A DNA stretch of 32,271 nucleotides from a virus. Its lineage: Duplodnaviria; Caudoviricetes. The position numbers were made by a program, and so were the translations under genes. The stretch lies in the IMG/VR virus record IMGVR_UViG_3300037484_000404, positions 1 to 32,271 of that record, one strand, 5' to 3'. The notes under the pieces were generated by a model that saw nothing but the letters and a program-made list of their open reading frames with translations, ran no database searches and was not told the origin of the DNA. This document shows positions 1-9,214 of the stretch, piece after piece; the first letter of the stretch is position 1; each line of letters opens with the position of its first letter.

Positions 1-567
1 GCACTCAAGAAGGTGGTGGACGACCGCAAGCTGTTCACGTCGATCCAGGGCAAGCAGTACGTCCAGGTCGAGGGGTGGTCAACCCTCGGGGCCATGCTTG
101 GGGTTCTGCCGAAGGAAGTCGACACGAAGCGCCTGGAGGACGGTTCCTACGAGGCGAAGGTCGAACTGATCCGAACCTCGGACGGAACCGTGATCGGCGG
201 CGCGTCCGCGTTGTGTGGCATGGACGAGCCCCGATGGGCCAAAATGCCCGAGTACGCCCGGCGGTCGATGGCGGTCACCCGGGCAACGGGGAAAGCCTAT
301 CGCCTCGGCTTCGCCTGGATCATGCGCCTCGCCGGTTACGCGGCTACGCCAGCCGAGGAGATGGACTTCGTGGAGGGGCATGCCCGCGAGGTTCCGTCCA
401 ATGAGACGCCCGCCCCGCCGAAGCCGAAGTCGACCGTCGTCACCGACTTCTGGGCGGCCATCCGGGACAGTCACAAGACCCGCGAGGATGGCCAGCGGAT
501 CCTCGAGGCGGCCGGCGACGATTTCGAGCTGGCGCTGAAGTCGCTCAACGAGTCGGCACCGTTCTAA
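1..567 (+). CDS. Putative single-strand annealing/recombination protein (Rad52/Sak-like), 5'-truncated
   Basis: Frame is open from base 1. Motifs GKQYVQVEGW, RSMAVTRATGKAYR and TPAEEM are followed by a Pro-rich linker and a C-terminal APF, as in phage annealing proteins. Family assigned from recall. Confidence 0.55.
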   Translation, partial: ALKKVVDDRKLFTSIQGKQYVQVEGWSTLGAMLGVLPKEVDTKRLEDGSYEAKVELIRTSDGTVIGGASALCGMDEPRWAKMPEYARRSMAVTRATGKAYRLGFAWIMRLAGYAATPAEEMDFVEGHAREVPSNETPAPPKPKSTVVTDFWAAIRDSHKTREDGQRILEAAGDDFELALKSLNESAPF

Positions 568-579
568 GGGAGCCCATCA

Positions 580-852
580 ATGGACGCAACTCTGGAAAGC
601 ATCATGAAGCGCATTGCGAGAGCCGAGACGGAGCCCGGCGTGTACCGGGTTTCGCTCGTGGCGTCATCGCACCTGAGCGGGTTTCAAGCCGTGATCGAAA
701 TGCGCGGGAACGGGGCCGAAGGGTACGGCGGCTTCAGCCATCAGGCCGATGATCCAGTGGTGGCATTGATCGGTGCCGAGAGCGCGTTGCTTACAGAGTT
801 CGGGCGATGCCCGACTTGCGGCTATCACAGGCGAGGCAAGGCCACCTCATGA
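580..852 (+). CDS. Hypothetical protein with C-terminal CxxC
   Basis: GGGAG SD before ATG; CPTC motif; stop overlaps the next start (ATGA). Confidence 0.65.
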   Translation: MDATLESIMKRIARAETEPGVYRVSLVASSHLSGFQAVIEMRGNGAEGYGGFSHQADDPVVALIGAESALLTEFGRCPTCGYHRRGKATS

Positions 853-1037
853 ACGCGCCTCTCACAGCCGCCGAACGCACCGCCGCCGCCGAGGCCATTC
901 AGCGCCGGGACAAGCGGATAGAGTCGCTGGAGAAGGCGGCCATGACGTGCCCCTCTTGTGGGTGCAGAATCAAGTGCGAATGGTGCGGGTTCGACCCTCA
1001 CGCGAAGCCGGAGGAGGGAGCGAGACATGAGTCTTGA
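849..1037 (+). CDS. Small zinc-ribbon protein
   Basis: ATGA coupling at 849-852; CPSC...CEWC. Confidence 0.6.
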   Translation: MNAPLTAAERTAAAEAIQRRDKRIESLEKAAMTCPSCGCRIKCEWCGFDPHAKPEEGARHES

Positions 1038-1269
1038 CTTGGACGAACTGGACGAGTGGGTGCTTGTGAACAACAATGGCGATGCCGTGGTTCATTATGA
1101 GACGTGGAAGCAACTCATCGCCCTGGCGCGTGCCGGGAGCCGATTGGCAGATCTCATGGACTGGATGCACATCGCGAAACCAACGGTCAACGGCTGGAAA
1201 AGATTTGACGAAGCGGTGGAGGAGGCCCTTGCGGCATTCCGAGAAGCCCAAGGGGAGATGAAGCCATGA
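1027..1269 (+). CDS. Hypothetical phage protein
   Basis: GGAG SD upstream of ATG 1027 (MSLDLDEL...); ATGA coupling with the next ORF. Confidence 0.6.
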   Translation: MSLDLDELDEWVLVNNNGDAVVHYETWKQLIALARAGSRLADLMDWMHIAKPTVNGWKRFDEAVEEALAAFREAQGEMKP

Positions 1270-1592
1270 CTTTTCACGATAGCGACTCGCCAGAACGGCA
1301 CCCTGACAAGACTGACGCCAAGACGGTGCTGGAGAAGTATGCGGTCATGGAGTTCAACATCCGCAATTCTACGCGCCCCGAAGTGTCAGCGGCCGAGTTG
1401 GCGCTTCTGGAGACACGCGCCGCACTCGCCGCCTCCGATGCGCGGGTGGAGGCGGGACGCCAGATCGTACACATTCTCCGACGCGACTTCTATGGTGACT
1501 ACTCGGGGGACTTGCGAGAGGCACTTGCAGTCTGGGACAAGTTAGCCGCCCTCGCCGCAGGGGAGCCACAGCAGGGCCCGGACGCGGCCTAG
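1266..1592 (+). CDS. Hypothetical phage protein
   Basis: ATGA overlap, GGAG upstream, helical composition. Confidence 0.6.
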   Translation: MTFHDSDSPERHPDKTDAKTVLEKYAVMEFNIRNSTRPEVSAAELALLETRAALAASDARVEAGRQIVHILRRDFYGDYSGDLREALAVWDKLAALAAGEPQQGPDAA

Positions 1593-1598
1593 CGTGCC

Positions 1599-1859
1599 AT
1601 GTTCACGCTTGAACAGGCCCGCCAAGCGTTAGATGCCCTGAATAGGGATGGACGGATGTCCTGGCGCCAAATCGCGGACCTGGGCCAATTCGAGGGGATC
1701 GGCCACTCAACTCTGTGGCGCTTCGCCAGGCTGGGGATCCTGCCCCGGAAGAGGCGGGACCGGGTGCTACTGGGGATCGCCAGGCCGAGGCGCCGGCAGG
1801 TCTGCCCGAACTGCGGCGGCGCGCTCAAGCCGGCCTGCCCCGTCTGCCCGAGGGGCTAG
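1599..1859 (+). CDS. Putative HTH plus zinc-ribbon DNA-binding protein
   Basis: HTH-like MSWRQIAD...IGHSTLWRFA, basic linker, CPNC...CPVC. Confidence 0.55.
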   Translation: MFTLEQARQALDALNRDGRMSWRQIADLGQFEGIGHSTLWRFARLGILPRKRRDRVLLGIARPRRRQVCPNCGGALKPACPVCPRG

Positions 1860-2488
1860 GGGGTTTCTTCGGCCAGGCGCTGGTACAGCAGGGGGACTTG
1901 GGAGATGACAAAGCACTGCACGGCCACGCGGTAGGCCAGGGGCCAGGCGATGGGGGTCTCTACGACGATGGAGGCTTTCGTCTCTAGCCTGGCATCGACC
2001 GACTCGTCCTCATCGTCCCAGATGATTCCCTCAAACGTGTTGACTGCCTGAACCTTCTTCGACCACCATTTCCTGATCGACTTCGGAAACTCAACGCCGA
2101 TACCGTACAGGGCATTCCTCAGGGAGATGGTGACTTCCCTACTGCCGTAGCCGAAGAGGTACGGCATGGTGGCCTTCTCGTCCTCGTGGAGATCCACCAG
2201 CAATGCGACGTCCCGACTTCGTTCTATTTCGGCAGCGAACAAATCGTCGGCACCGATGCTGCCGTTCGTCAGCCAGTCGGGCTTGCGCTTTCCCTGAACG
2301 ACTCCGGCAGGGTTGGCATTCGGGATGACAAGGACCGGGAAGTCCCACGACTCTATGATGGGCATCATCGCCTGCACTGCAACCGGAGGCGCCACCTCTT
2401 CGCCGTGCAGGCCGGCCAACAGTACGACGGATGGTCCGTTGCCGTAGAACTCGATGGCGGGGATACCCAGGATGGTGAGTGTCTTCAC
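1856..2488 (-). CDS. M14-family zinc peptidase/deacylase (AstE/AspA or MpaA-like)
   Basis: AGLHGEE (HxxE), IPNANPAG, VDLHE and late VVET. GTG start at 2488 is coupled (GTGA) to the upstream stop. Confidence 0.75.
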   Translation of the reverse strand: MKTLTILGIPAIEFYGNGPSVVLLAGLHGEEVAPPVAVQAMMPIIESWDFPVLVIPNANPAGVVQGKRKPDWLTNGSIGADDLFAAEIERSRDVALLVDLHEDEKATMPYLFGYGSREVTISLRNALYGIGVEFPKSIRKWWSKKVQAVNTFEGIIWDDEDESVDARLETKASIVVETPIAWPLAYRVAVQCFVISQVPLLYQRLAEETP

Positions 2489-2628
2489 CCGAGGATCTCC
2501 TTGATGTCCTCTTCCGTGACCGGGCCGTACTGCGCATCTGTCCAAGGATTGCAGGCTCCGTCGGCCCTATTGCCCAGCCCGCACCAGAGATAGACGCGCG
2601 CAAGGAGTCTACGAATCCAGTCCAACAT
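2485..2628 (-). CDS. Small hypothetical protein (47 aa)
   Basis: GAGGGAG SD before MLDWIRR...; stop coupled to the M14 start. Confidence 0.5.
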   Translation of the reverse strand: MLDWIRRLLARVYLWCGLGNRADGACNPWTDAQYGPVTEEDIKEILG

Positions 2629-2773
2629 GATGCTCCCTCGCCCAGAGTCTACGCAGCCTGTCGGCATCCAGCCGACGATGGCCCAAGACGGGAACCCTAT
2701 TGCCCGAGCGCGGTTCGGGTAGCAGCCTCCCGAGTTGCGCCCTCTGCCAGTAGGCGTCTTGCTTTCGACTCAT
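2609..2773 (-). CDS. Small hypothetical protein
   Basis: ATGA coupling at 2773-2770 (MSRKQDAYW...); fills the gap in the gene run. Confidence 0.4.
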   Translation of the reverse strand: MSRKQDAYWQRAQLGRLLPEPRSGNRVPVLGHRRLDADRLRRLWAREHHVGLDS

Positions 2774-3003
2774 TGGCATTTCCAGTAGACCGTCCTCGCC
2801 TGTCCGCCGGGGATGCGCGCCTTCTTCCAACGCTCGGCCTTGACCTCCTCCGCGAGCCACTTGTGGAGTCGTCCGACGTTTGCTCCCGGCCCCAACCTCT
2901 GCATCATTTGCTCGAAGGTTATGGCGTAGTCGGGGACCTCGGGAGCGAGCTCCTCCCTCAAGGCCTCGATCTCGGCCAGCATCTGGTCCTGCAGCGATTT
3001 CAT
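2770..3003 (-). CDS. Hypothetical protein, possible winged helix
   Basis: ATG 1 nt after the phosphoesterase stop; helices followed by a beta-hairpin-like end (ARTVYWK). Confidence 0.55.
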   Translation of the reverse strand: MKSLQDQMLAEIEALREELAPEVPDYAITFEQMMQRLGPGANVGRLHKWLAEEVKAERWKKARIPGGQARTVYWKCQ

Positions 3004-3004
3004 C

Positions 3005-3871
3005 TCACAGCTCCAAGCGAGTTCGGAAATCAATAGTTCTGATGAACTCGTGCTGTTGCACCAGCCGGCCGCCGACGATCTCCAAGGCGATCATCCCCAC
3101 GGTTGCGCGGTAGGGTGACTTGGCGACCTTGCGGGCGTAGTCGTCGATCAGGCAGTAGGCCGGGCAGATTGTCGCACGGCACTCCCATGTCTTGGCGTTC
3201 TGCCGCGTCACGACCTCGGTGACGAACTGGTGGTAATGGCCTCGGCCGAGGAAATTGGGGGGCTGCTTTTCTGACTTCAGACAGTCGTCCATGATGGACT
3301 GCGCGTAGAGTCGGAGGATGTTCCCCCGGAGCCAGTTGCGAACGCCGGGAGGAGGACCGTGATGGGCGAGGTCCATGACGAAGCCATCCAGTGCGGCCTC
3401 GGCGTGGTACATGACATCGATCTGCTTCCCGAGCTTGGCCTGCAGCGCGTTAGCCAGGACGCTTTGAGCAGACCCCTCCCCGAACTCGTGGACGCCGGTC
3501 CCCTTCACGAAGAAGGCGCGCCGCACGTTGTTCATCGAGAGGAGCGGGATCTTGTTCGCCTCAGCGATGGCGTAATGGTCGGCCTGCCTCGTTGACACCA
3601 GCTCGCGGGGGAAGGCGTTGCCCTGAACCGGGTCGCCGAGGTCGAAGACGACAATCTCGTCCTTGCCGGCGAGTTGCTTCAGGCCGCGAATGTCCTCCGT
3701 CCACGCCTCCCAAAGCCATTCCTGGGTGGCGGTGAGCTTGGGTGTGTACTTCTCGATCGTCCGGTCGGGGCGCTCGCGCTTCAACTCCACATCTGGCGAA
3801 CACAGTCCGAGAACGTGCCCCGCGTGTTCATCGGTCGGGAGGGCAACGATCACCCGCCTAGATTTGGGCAT
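3005..3871 (-). CDS. Calcineurin-like metallophosphoesterase
   Basis: Ordered motifs TDEH (DxH), LGDPVQG, GTGVH (GNH variant), AHHG, GHYH. Confidence 0.75.
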   Translation of the reverse strand: MPKSRRVIVALPTDEHAGHVLGLCSPDVELKRERPDRTIEKYTPKLTATQEWLWEAWTEDIRGLKQLAGKDEIVVFDLGDPVQGNAFPRELVSTRQADHYAIAEANKIPLLSMNNVRRAFFVKGTGVHEFGEGSAQSVLANALQAKLGKQIDVMYHAEAALDGFVMDLAHHGPPPGVRNWLRGNILRLYAQSIMDDCLKSEKQPPNFLGRGHYHQFVTEVVTRQNAKTWECRATICPAYCLIDDYARKVAKSPYRATVGMIALEIVGGRLVQQHEFIRTIDFRTRLEL

Positions 3872-3947
3872 CAGTTTCTCTCATTTGTGGGGAAGGGAAG
3901 CTGGGGGCCGCCCGCTTGAGCCCGGACGGCGCGGCACGGCCCCCGCA

Positions 3948-3969
3948 CCTGGTCCTCGAAAGGACCAGG
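3948..3969 (-). other. 9-bp hairpin with UUCG loop downstream of the lysis genes
   Basis: CCTGGTCCT-TTCG-AGGACCAGG on the minus strand; no U-tract. Confidence 0.55.
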
Positions 3970-3978
3970 GGAGCTCCC

Positions 3979-4257
3979 TCAGCTCTTGGGTAGCACGGCC
4001 CAGAAGAGCTGGCTGATACTGAAGGCGACAGCCACCGCGAACGTGGCACTGTCCCAGCTCAAGGGCAGCGGGCAGGCCAGGCCGACGATAGCGATGATGC
4101 AGGCCAGGAACAGCAGGGCGATTGCCAGGACGCCACTGACGAGCGCGGCCAGGAACTTCACGCGGTCCCCCGACCAGCCGAGCCGAGCCTTGAGGAAGTT
4201 CACTGCCGGGACGCCGAAAAGCCCGGCGATGATCGATACAATCACTGCGAGTTCCAT
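3979..4257 (-). CDS. Holin-like membrane protein (about 3 TM segments)
   Basis: GGAGGT SD before ATG 4257; three hydrophobic stretches; close to the endolysin gene. Confidence 0.6.
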   Translation of the reverse strand: MELAVIVSIIAGLFGVPAVNFLKARLGWSGDRVKFLAALVSGVLAIALLFLACIIAIVGLACPLPLSWDSATFAVAVAFSISQLFWAVLPKS

Positions 4258-4271
4258 TGGGGATACCTCCA

Positions 4272-4691
4272 CTACTTCTTTTTGCGACGGATTTCGCGTG
4301 GTGCGAGAGAGGCGAGGGCGCCGATCAGCGCCGTGTGTCGTTCCTCGCCCCTTAGGTTAGCTGCGCTCAGATGTTCGTCAATCTTCCCGATGGCACCTCC
4401 GACTTCCTTGACGGCATCCATGCCGTGTCTCATGGCCTCGGCCCGCTGCTTCCGCTCCTCGTCCAGGAAGGCCACCCAGCGGGCGCGCTCATCGTCCATC
4501 GACTTGGCCCGCTTGTCGCGCTCCTCGGCTTCCTGCCGGCCGCGGAGGAGGGCGAAGACGATGAACGCCCCAACGACACCGGCCTGGAAGAGGATTTCTC
4601 CGATCGATGTCGGAGTCTCTTCCTGTTTCAGGATGGCCGAGGCCAAGGCTGAGAGGCCCAGGATGGCGGCTGAGACGCTGTAGTAATTCAC
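4272..4691 (-). CDS. Membrane protein with coiled coil (holin or lysis accessory)
   Basis: 1-2 N-terminal hydrophobic segments, charged helical C-terminus; GTGA-coupled to the endolysin. Confidence 0.55.
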   Translation of the reverse strand: MNYYSVSAAILGLSALASAILKQEETPTSIGEILFQAGVVGAFIVFALLRGRQEAEERDKRAKSMDDERARWVAFLDEERKQRAEAMRHGMDAVKEVGGAIGKIDEHLSAANLRGEERHTALIGALASLAPREIRRKKK

Positions 4692-5584
4692 TCAGCCTCC
4701 AGGGCGGCGATGCGGAGTTCGTGGTCGTCCACCCGCTGCTCCCACGTGAGCGCCGGCGCCGGCGGGGGTGTTTCTACGGAAACAGGGCCGAACTTGGGCA
4801 TGGAGCGGAGGGCGGCCCAGATGGAGGGCGAGAGCCTGAGCGCGTGCTCGAGCGACCACCAACTGATCCCCTTCAGCCCGAGCTCGTGCGCCCGCTCGTC
4901 GAAGGCGATCATGGCCTCGGCCGTCGCCGTCCCGCCGTCCCCGATGTAGGCCCGGCCGGCGGGCAGGATGGGCTTGCCCTGGGCGATCGTGAGCCACTGC
5001 CGGACGGACTCGTTCAGCAGCCGGAGAGCTGCCGTTGGGGTCGAGCCCTCCCAGTAGGTCATGGGCATGCCGGCGTCACACCACTCCATGAAGGCCTTGT
5101 GGACCTCGATGTTGTGCCAGGTCCCGCCCGTCCAGCTGCGGAACATGGCGAAGCCGCAGAAGATCGCCGGGGTGTTGGGACAGCCGGCCCGGAAGATCGC
5201 TCCGAGAGTCCGGGCACCCGCGGCGCCGGCGCGAGTCTCGAAACTGCCTTCGACGTCGAAGACATAGCCGTCCAGCTGGAGGGCGATCGTCTGCGAGACG
5301 GCCATGTGCCCCTCGCCGACGACGTCGATCCCATAGTTGAACCCGTAGCCGAAGACCTTCAGGCCCCGAGCCTGAAGGACCCGAACGGTCTCCCGCGTGA
5401 CGGCCTCGACCCACCTCACACCCACGCGGGTGTAGTGCTTCCGGTTGCCGTCGGCCACCTTCAGGATGATCGACTGGAAGCCGCCCTCGAGGAGCTTGTC
5501 AGCGATCGCCGAGGGGTTGCCGCCGAGGACCAGCGGGGTGTTCCAGAGGAAGATGTCCTTGCCGAGAGGGACGTTGAGCGGCAT
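4688..5584 (-). CDS. Putative endolysin, glycoside hydrolase TIM barrel (GH25-like)
   Basis: ILKVADG, VFGYGF, YVFDVE (DxE) and PMTYW; lies between tail genes and membrane-protein genes. Confidence 0.65.
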   Translation of the reverse strand: MPLNVPLGKDIFLWNTPLVLGGNPSAIADKLLEGGFQSIILKVADGNRKHYTRVGVRWVEAVTRETVRVLQARGLKVFGYGFNYGIDVVGEGHMAVSQTIALQLDGYVFDVEGSFETRAGAAGARTLGAIFRAGCPNTPAIFCGFAMFRSWTGGTWHNIEVHKAFMEWCDAGMPMTYWEGSTPTAALRLLNESVRQWLTIAQGKPILPAGRAYIGDGGTATAEAMIAFDERAHELGLKGISWWSLEHALRLSPSIWAALRSMPKFGPVSVETPPPAPALTWEQRVDDHELRIAALEAE

Positions 5585-5585
5585 G

Positions 5586-5789
5586 TCAGACCTCGATCAC
5601 GTGCTGCCGGAAGGCAACGGCCAAGGCCTGCGCCTTCTCGCCCTCATACCTGCGCACCTTGACCGCGTGCGGCCCCTGGCGTGGATCGGCCAGGTACAAC
5701 TCGACCGACTCTACGGCGCCGTCTTCGTTCTTCTCGATCACGGCCTGGTACACAAGCCGTGGGTCTCCACCGTCGATTGCGATCAACAT
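5586..5789 (-). CDS. Hypothetical protein (67 aa)
   Basis: GGAGG SD before ATG 5789 (MLIAIDGG...). Confidence 0.55.
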   Translation of the reverse strand: MLIAIDGGDPRLVYQAVIEKNEDGAVESVELYLADPRQGPHAVKVRRYEGEKAQALAVAFRQHVIEV

Positions 5790-5800
5790 GTCATGCCTCC

Positions 5801-6514
5801 TCAGATTGTCACAAGATCTCGGTAGCGCCGGCGCAGCGTGTCGGGCGGCACCAGGCCGGCTCGCAGGTCGCGCAGCATGTCTCGCCAGCGGTCTGCCAGC
5901 GTGAACCACCGCGGGGTGCCGGCGGTCGCGCCGGGGATGAAGACGGCCACGTGGCGGTAGGTGACCGAAGTCCCAAAGTCCAGTTGGAGCGACGTCGACC
6001 CCGCGTCGGCCTGCTTGTAGTAGATGCCCACTCGGTCGTTGGGTGTGGCGTCGTCGTGACTCTCCGTCTGCCCGGAGGCCGGGGCGATGGCGGAGGCCTC
6101 GGCCTGGTGGTGGACCCACTCCAGCACGACGCCGCTGACGTCGGTGTCGGGTACCACTATCGTGTCAGACGAGCCGGTGTTCGTCTGAAAGACGGGCGTG
6201 GCGGGGGTGCCGGCGCCGATGAGCGTATAGGCCGCGCACCGGATACCCCTGATAGTGGTCCAGGTGAGGGTCACGGTCTGGGCCGAACCCGGGGGGCGCA
6301 GGTAATAAAACAACTTCTGGAAGCCACCGGCGATATCCACCTGGGTCATGACCACGCCATCGTAGGTCTTGGTGACCCAGGCTCCGGGGTCGCCCGAGCT
6401 GCACGCAAAGATGGTGACCACCAGGCGCGGGGTGGCGACCGGCGTGTGGGTCCACGCCTTGCTGGCCGCGTCGCCCGAGGCTGCGACTGAGAAGGCGTCG
6501 ATGGCTGCGCCCAT
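5801..6514 (-). CDS. Putative minor tail or fibre-associated protein
   Basis: Beta-rich, Thr/Ala/Gly-rich; at the end of the tail module. Confidence 0.55.
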   Translation of the reverse strand: MGAAIDAFSVAASGDAASKAWTHTPVATPRLVVTIFACSSGDPGAWVTKTYDGVVMTQVDIAGGFQKLFYYLRPPGSAQTVTLTWTTIRGIRCAAYTLIGAGTPATPVFQTNTGSSDTIVVPDTDVSGVVLEWVHHQAEASAIAPASGQTESHDDATPNDRVGIYYKQADAGSTSLQLDFGTSVTYRHVAVFIPGATAGTPRWFTLADRWRDMLRDLRAGLVPPDTLRRRYRDLVTI

Positions 6515-6988
6515 CTATCCGAACTCCAGGGTGACGAGCAGACCCTTGGCCGGCGTCGTGTGCACCTGGTCGATGTCGATGGCCAGGAGGTCGAAAGCGG
6601 CGACGTCGTCGTTGGCCGTGTCGATCACGGCCGGAGCGGCTGCGGTATCCGAGCCCGGCTCCGCGCTGTCGATAGAGATGCGCGTCGAGAGCATGTCGGC
6701 CGCCTGGGTCACATTGCGCACCTGGATGAGCATGGTGCTCGTCGTTCCATTGGTGATGACTTTGGCGTGCACCCGCTTGAGGTCCATCCCGCCGATACGC
6801 TGCGGAACCGTGAGGTAGGCCTGCCCGTCGCCCACACCGCAGTTTGCCAGCGCCTCGACGACCTGGAGTTGGACAGCGAAGTAGTCCGTCCTGGCCTTCA
6901 GGTACTCCTCGTTGTCCATTCCCTGGTTCTGGTCGGATGAGGTGCCAGGATCGCCCGGGTCAACATGAGTGCGCGTCACGTATGCCAT
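6515..6988 (-). CDS. Virion tail protein
   Basis: N-terminal PGDPGTSSDQNQGMDNEEYLK resembles fibre-anchoring segments; beta-sandwich-like remainder; GAGGAG SD. Confidence 0.6.
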   Translation of the reverse strand: MAYVTRTHVDPGDPGTSSDQNQGMDNEEYLKARTDYFAVQLQVVEALANCGVGDGQAYLTVPQRIGGMDLKRVHAKVITNGTTSTMLIQVRNVTQAADMLSTRISIDSAEPGSDTAAAPAVIDTANDDVAAFDLLAIDIDQVHTTPAKGLLVTLEFG

Positions 6989-6997
6989 AGTCTCTCC

Positions 6998-9214
6998 TCA
7001 GAAAGCCCATCCATCCGTCCCGTCCCAGACGGAGGTATCCCAAATCCACGCATCTCCTGCGACGATTGGGGCCAGCCACCACTCGCACCAGATGAGTCCC
7101 CCGGGGTCGATGTCGAAAGAGGCACCGTTGATGAAGAAGTCCTTGTCCACTGCGGTCATCGGCTCGACGACATGCACCCTCGACCCCGGCTCGCACTCCA
7201 GGAAGGCCAGCATGAGCGCGTCGCTGCGATTGGCCAGAAACCGCACCCGTTGAGGGACAGTGCGCGGGACGAAAGCAAGGTTCTTCAGGTAGAGCGCGAA
7301 CGCTTCCCCTTTCACCGAAGAGTCGTGCTGCTCCATCTCGAAGTTCAACACAAGTTCTCCTCTGGCGTCGATGCTGTCCTGGTCGATGCTCTCGAACACC
7401 TGGGGGTCATAGGCGTAGATTCCCTTGCCCTTGATCGTCAGGCCCGAAAGGTATCCGCCCGTTCCCCCGGTGTTCGTCAGCGTCAGGCGGATGCTGTTCC
7501 CGCCCACGAAGGAGGACTGGCTGATGTTGGCATTGAGATCCGAGCCGAGATCCGCCGTCCCGAAGTTGAAGTGGGTCCCCGCAACCAGCGGTGTGACGAC
7601 GGCGGTGGCAGAGATGGGCTTCCCTGTCGTCGGGTCGCGATAGGGGAGGATCAGCGTGATAGAGGCCCCGGCTGCGATCTGGATCGACTGCTGGGCCAGA
7701 TAGAGCGTCGTCGTGGCTGCGGCGTCTACCTTCTTCGGGTAGATTTTCGCCCGCACGATGTTCTTCACCCCCGACCTCGCGTACTCCACCTCGAACTCGT
7801 TGGCATCGTTGTCCAGCGTGGCCTGTACCGTCAGGTTCAAGAGGCGCGCGTTCCGACTGTCGAAGACGAGCGTCTCGCCCCCGACGAGGTCGCCCCGGGG
7901 ATAGATGTACCCATACTCGTTGCGGGCCAGCTTTTGAAACAGCGCCCTGGGACTCATGCGCTCGTCGCTGTCGGTGTCGAAGACGCGAGTGAACGTCTCA
8001 GTCCCTTCGCTGAAGCTGGTCGCCCGCGGCTGAATGGGCATGTCTGCGAGGATGGTCCGGAGAGCCTGATCCACCCGCTTGCTGGTCTGAATGGGTATCT
8101 GCGAGATGCGCTGGGAGGCCGCGAAGTCCATCCAATCCACCAGGCCCACTTGCGTATCTCGCGCTCCGAAGAGCCCAGCCGAGGGCGTGATGGAAGAGAC
8201 GTAGCCGCGCCATTTGTAATAGGCGGTGCCGCCGTAGGTGATCTTCACCCGCATGGGCAGCCCGTCATCGAACCCCGAACGCTGGGACACATGCCCTGGC
8301 GTGTAGTACCCTAGCGCGCCGCCGCTGTTCCGCAAGCTGTTGTCGAGGGTTAGGCGTCCGACCCCCGTGCCTGCGACGAGGTCCTCCGGCCCCGCTCCCA
8401 TGATGCCGTACTCGAAATGAGCCGGCGGGAGAACGTCCTCCCACAAGTCGGTGAACGTCTCGGTGAAGGTGTTCGTCTCGCACTCTGCTGCCGTGCCGCT
8501 GTCGTCGTCCAGCATCCAGTAGGCGATGGGGTTCAGGGCAAGGATAGCCGCGCGCATTCCGCCTGCCTTGGCGGCGTAGACCTCCGCTATCTGGGCCTCG
8601 GTGATGACGCTGCCAGCTCCGACCGCGGCGTGGGCCAGGAGGCCCTTGTGGCCGTTGGTGCCCGAGAGAGCGATGCGGGCGGCTGTTAAGCTGCCGGTGA
8701 ATGTTCCGAGCGCTGTCTGGGTGGCGCCAGTCTGCGCACCATTGAGGTAGCACTTTACTTGGTCGGCGGGCTTGTCCCAAGTGATGCCCACAAGAAACCA
8801 GTCAGTAGATGCCGCGAGGGACGTGTCGCTGATGACCTCTTGTGTTCCTCCCGCATAGTAGATGAACTGCAACTGGTTGGCCGTTGCGGTTTTGTAAATG
8901 AGGACGTAGTTGGTCGCGTCCACATGTAGGTTGATGATATATCTCGCTGTCGCGTCCGCCCACACCGCAGCGTCCGTGATGCGCACCCAGATGAGCATCC
9001 AGCCCGCATCGCCGTCGAAGGCTGCTACCAGGTCGGACGTTAGGATGTTGACATAGTCCCCGCCGTCGAAGGAGAACGCGCTGCGCCCGTCGCCGATGCC
9101 CTCGGCCCCCATTGTCGGAGCGGCCGCGCCAGTACCGAGCACGCCATTGAAGTTGGCGAGGTCGGTGGGCGCCGTGAACCGGCCCTCGAGCGCAATGGTG
9201 GCCGAGACACTCAT
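6998..9214 (-). CDS. Tail tip/hub protein with N-terminal LamG (concanavalin-like) domain
   Basis: Directly follows the tape measure gene. LamG motifs FSFDG, WFLVGITWD and YLNG; hub-like LTLDNS and KWRGYVSSI; C-terminal WIWDTSVWDG. Confidence 0.75.
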   Translation of the reverse strand: MSVSATIALEGRFTAPTDLANFNGVLGTGAAAPTMGAEGIGDGRSAFSFDGGDYVNILTSDLVAAFDGDAGWMLIWVRITDAAVWADATARYIINLHVDATNYVLIYKTATANQLQFIYYAGGTQEVISDTSLAASTDWFLVGITWDKPADQVKCYLNGAQTGATQTALGTFTGSLTAARIALSGTNGHKGLLAHAAVGAGSVITEAQIAEVYAAKAGGMRAAILALNPIAYWMLDDDSGTAAECETNTFTETFTDLWEDVLPPAHFEYGIMGAGPEDLVAGTGVGRLTLDNSLRNSGGALGYYTPGHVSQRSGFDDGLPMRVKITYGGTAYYKWRGYVSSITPSAGLFGARDTQVGLVDWMDFAASQRISQIPIQTSKRVDQALRTILADMPIQPRATSFSEGTETFTRVFDTDSDERMSPRALFQKLARNEYGYIYPRGDLVGGETLVFDSRNARLLNLTVQATLDNDANEFEVEYARSGVKNIVRAKIYPKKVDAAATTTLYLAQQSIQIAAGASITLILPYRDPTTGKPISATAVVTPLVAGTHFNFGTADLGSDLNANISQSSFVGGNSIRLTLTNTGGTGGYLSGLTIKGKGIYAYDPQVFESIDQDSIDARGELVLNFEMEQHDSSVKGEAFALYLKNLAFVPRTVPQRVRFLANRSDALMLAFLECEPGSRVHVVEPMTAVDKDFFINGASFDIDPGGLIWCEWWLAPIVAGDAWIWDTSVWDGTDGWAF

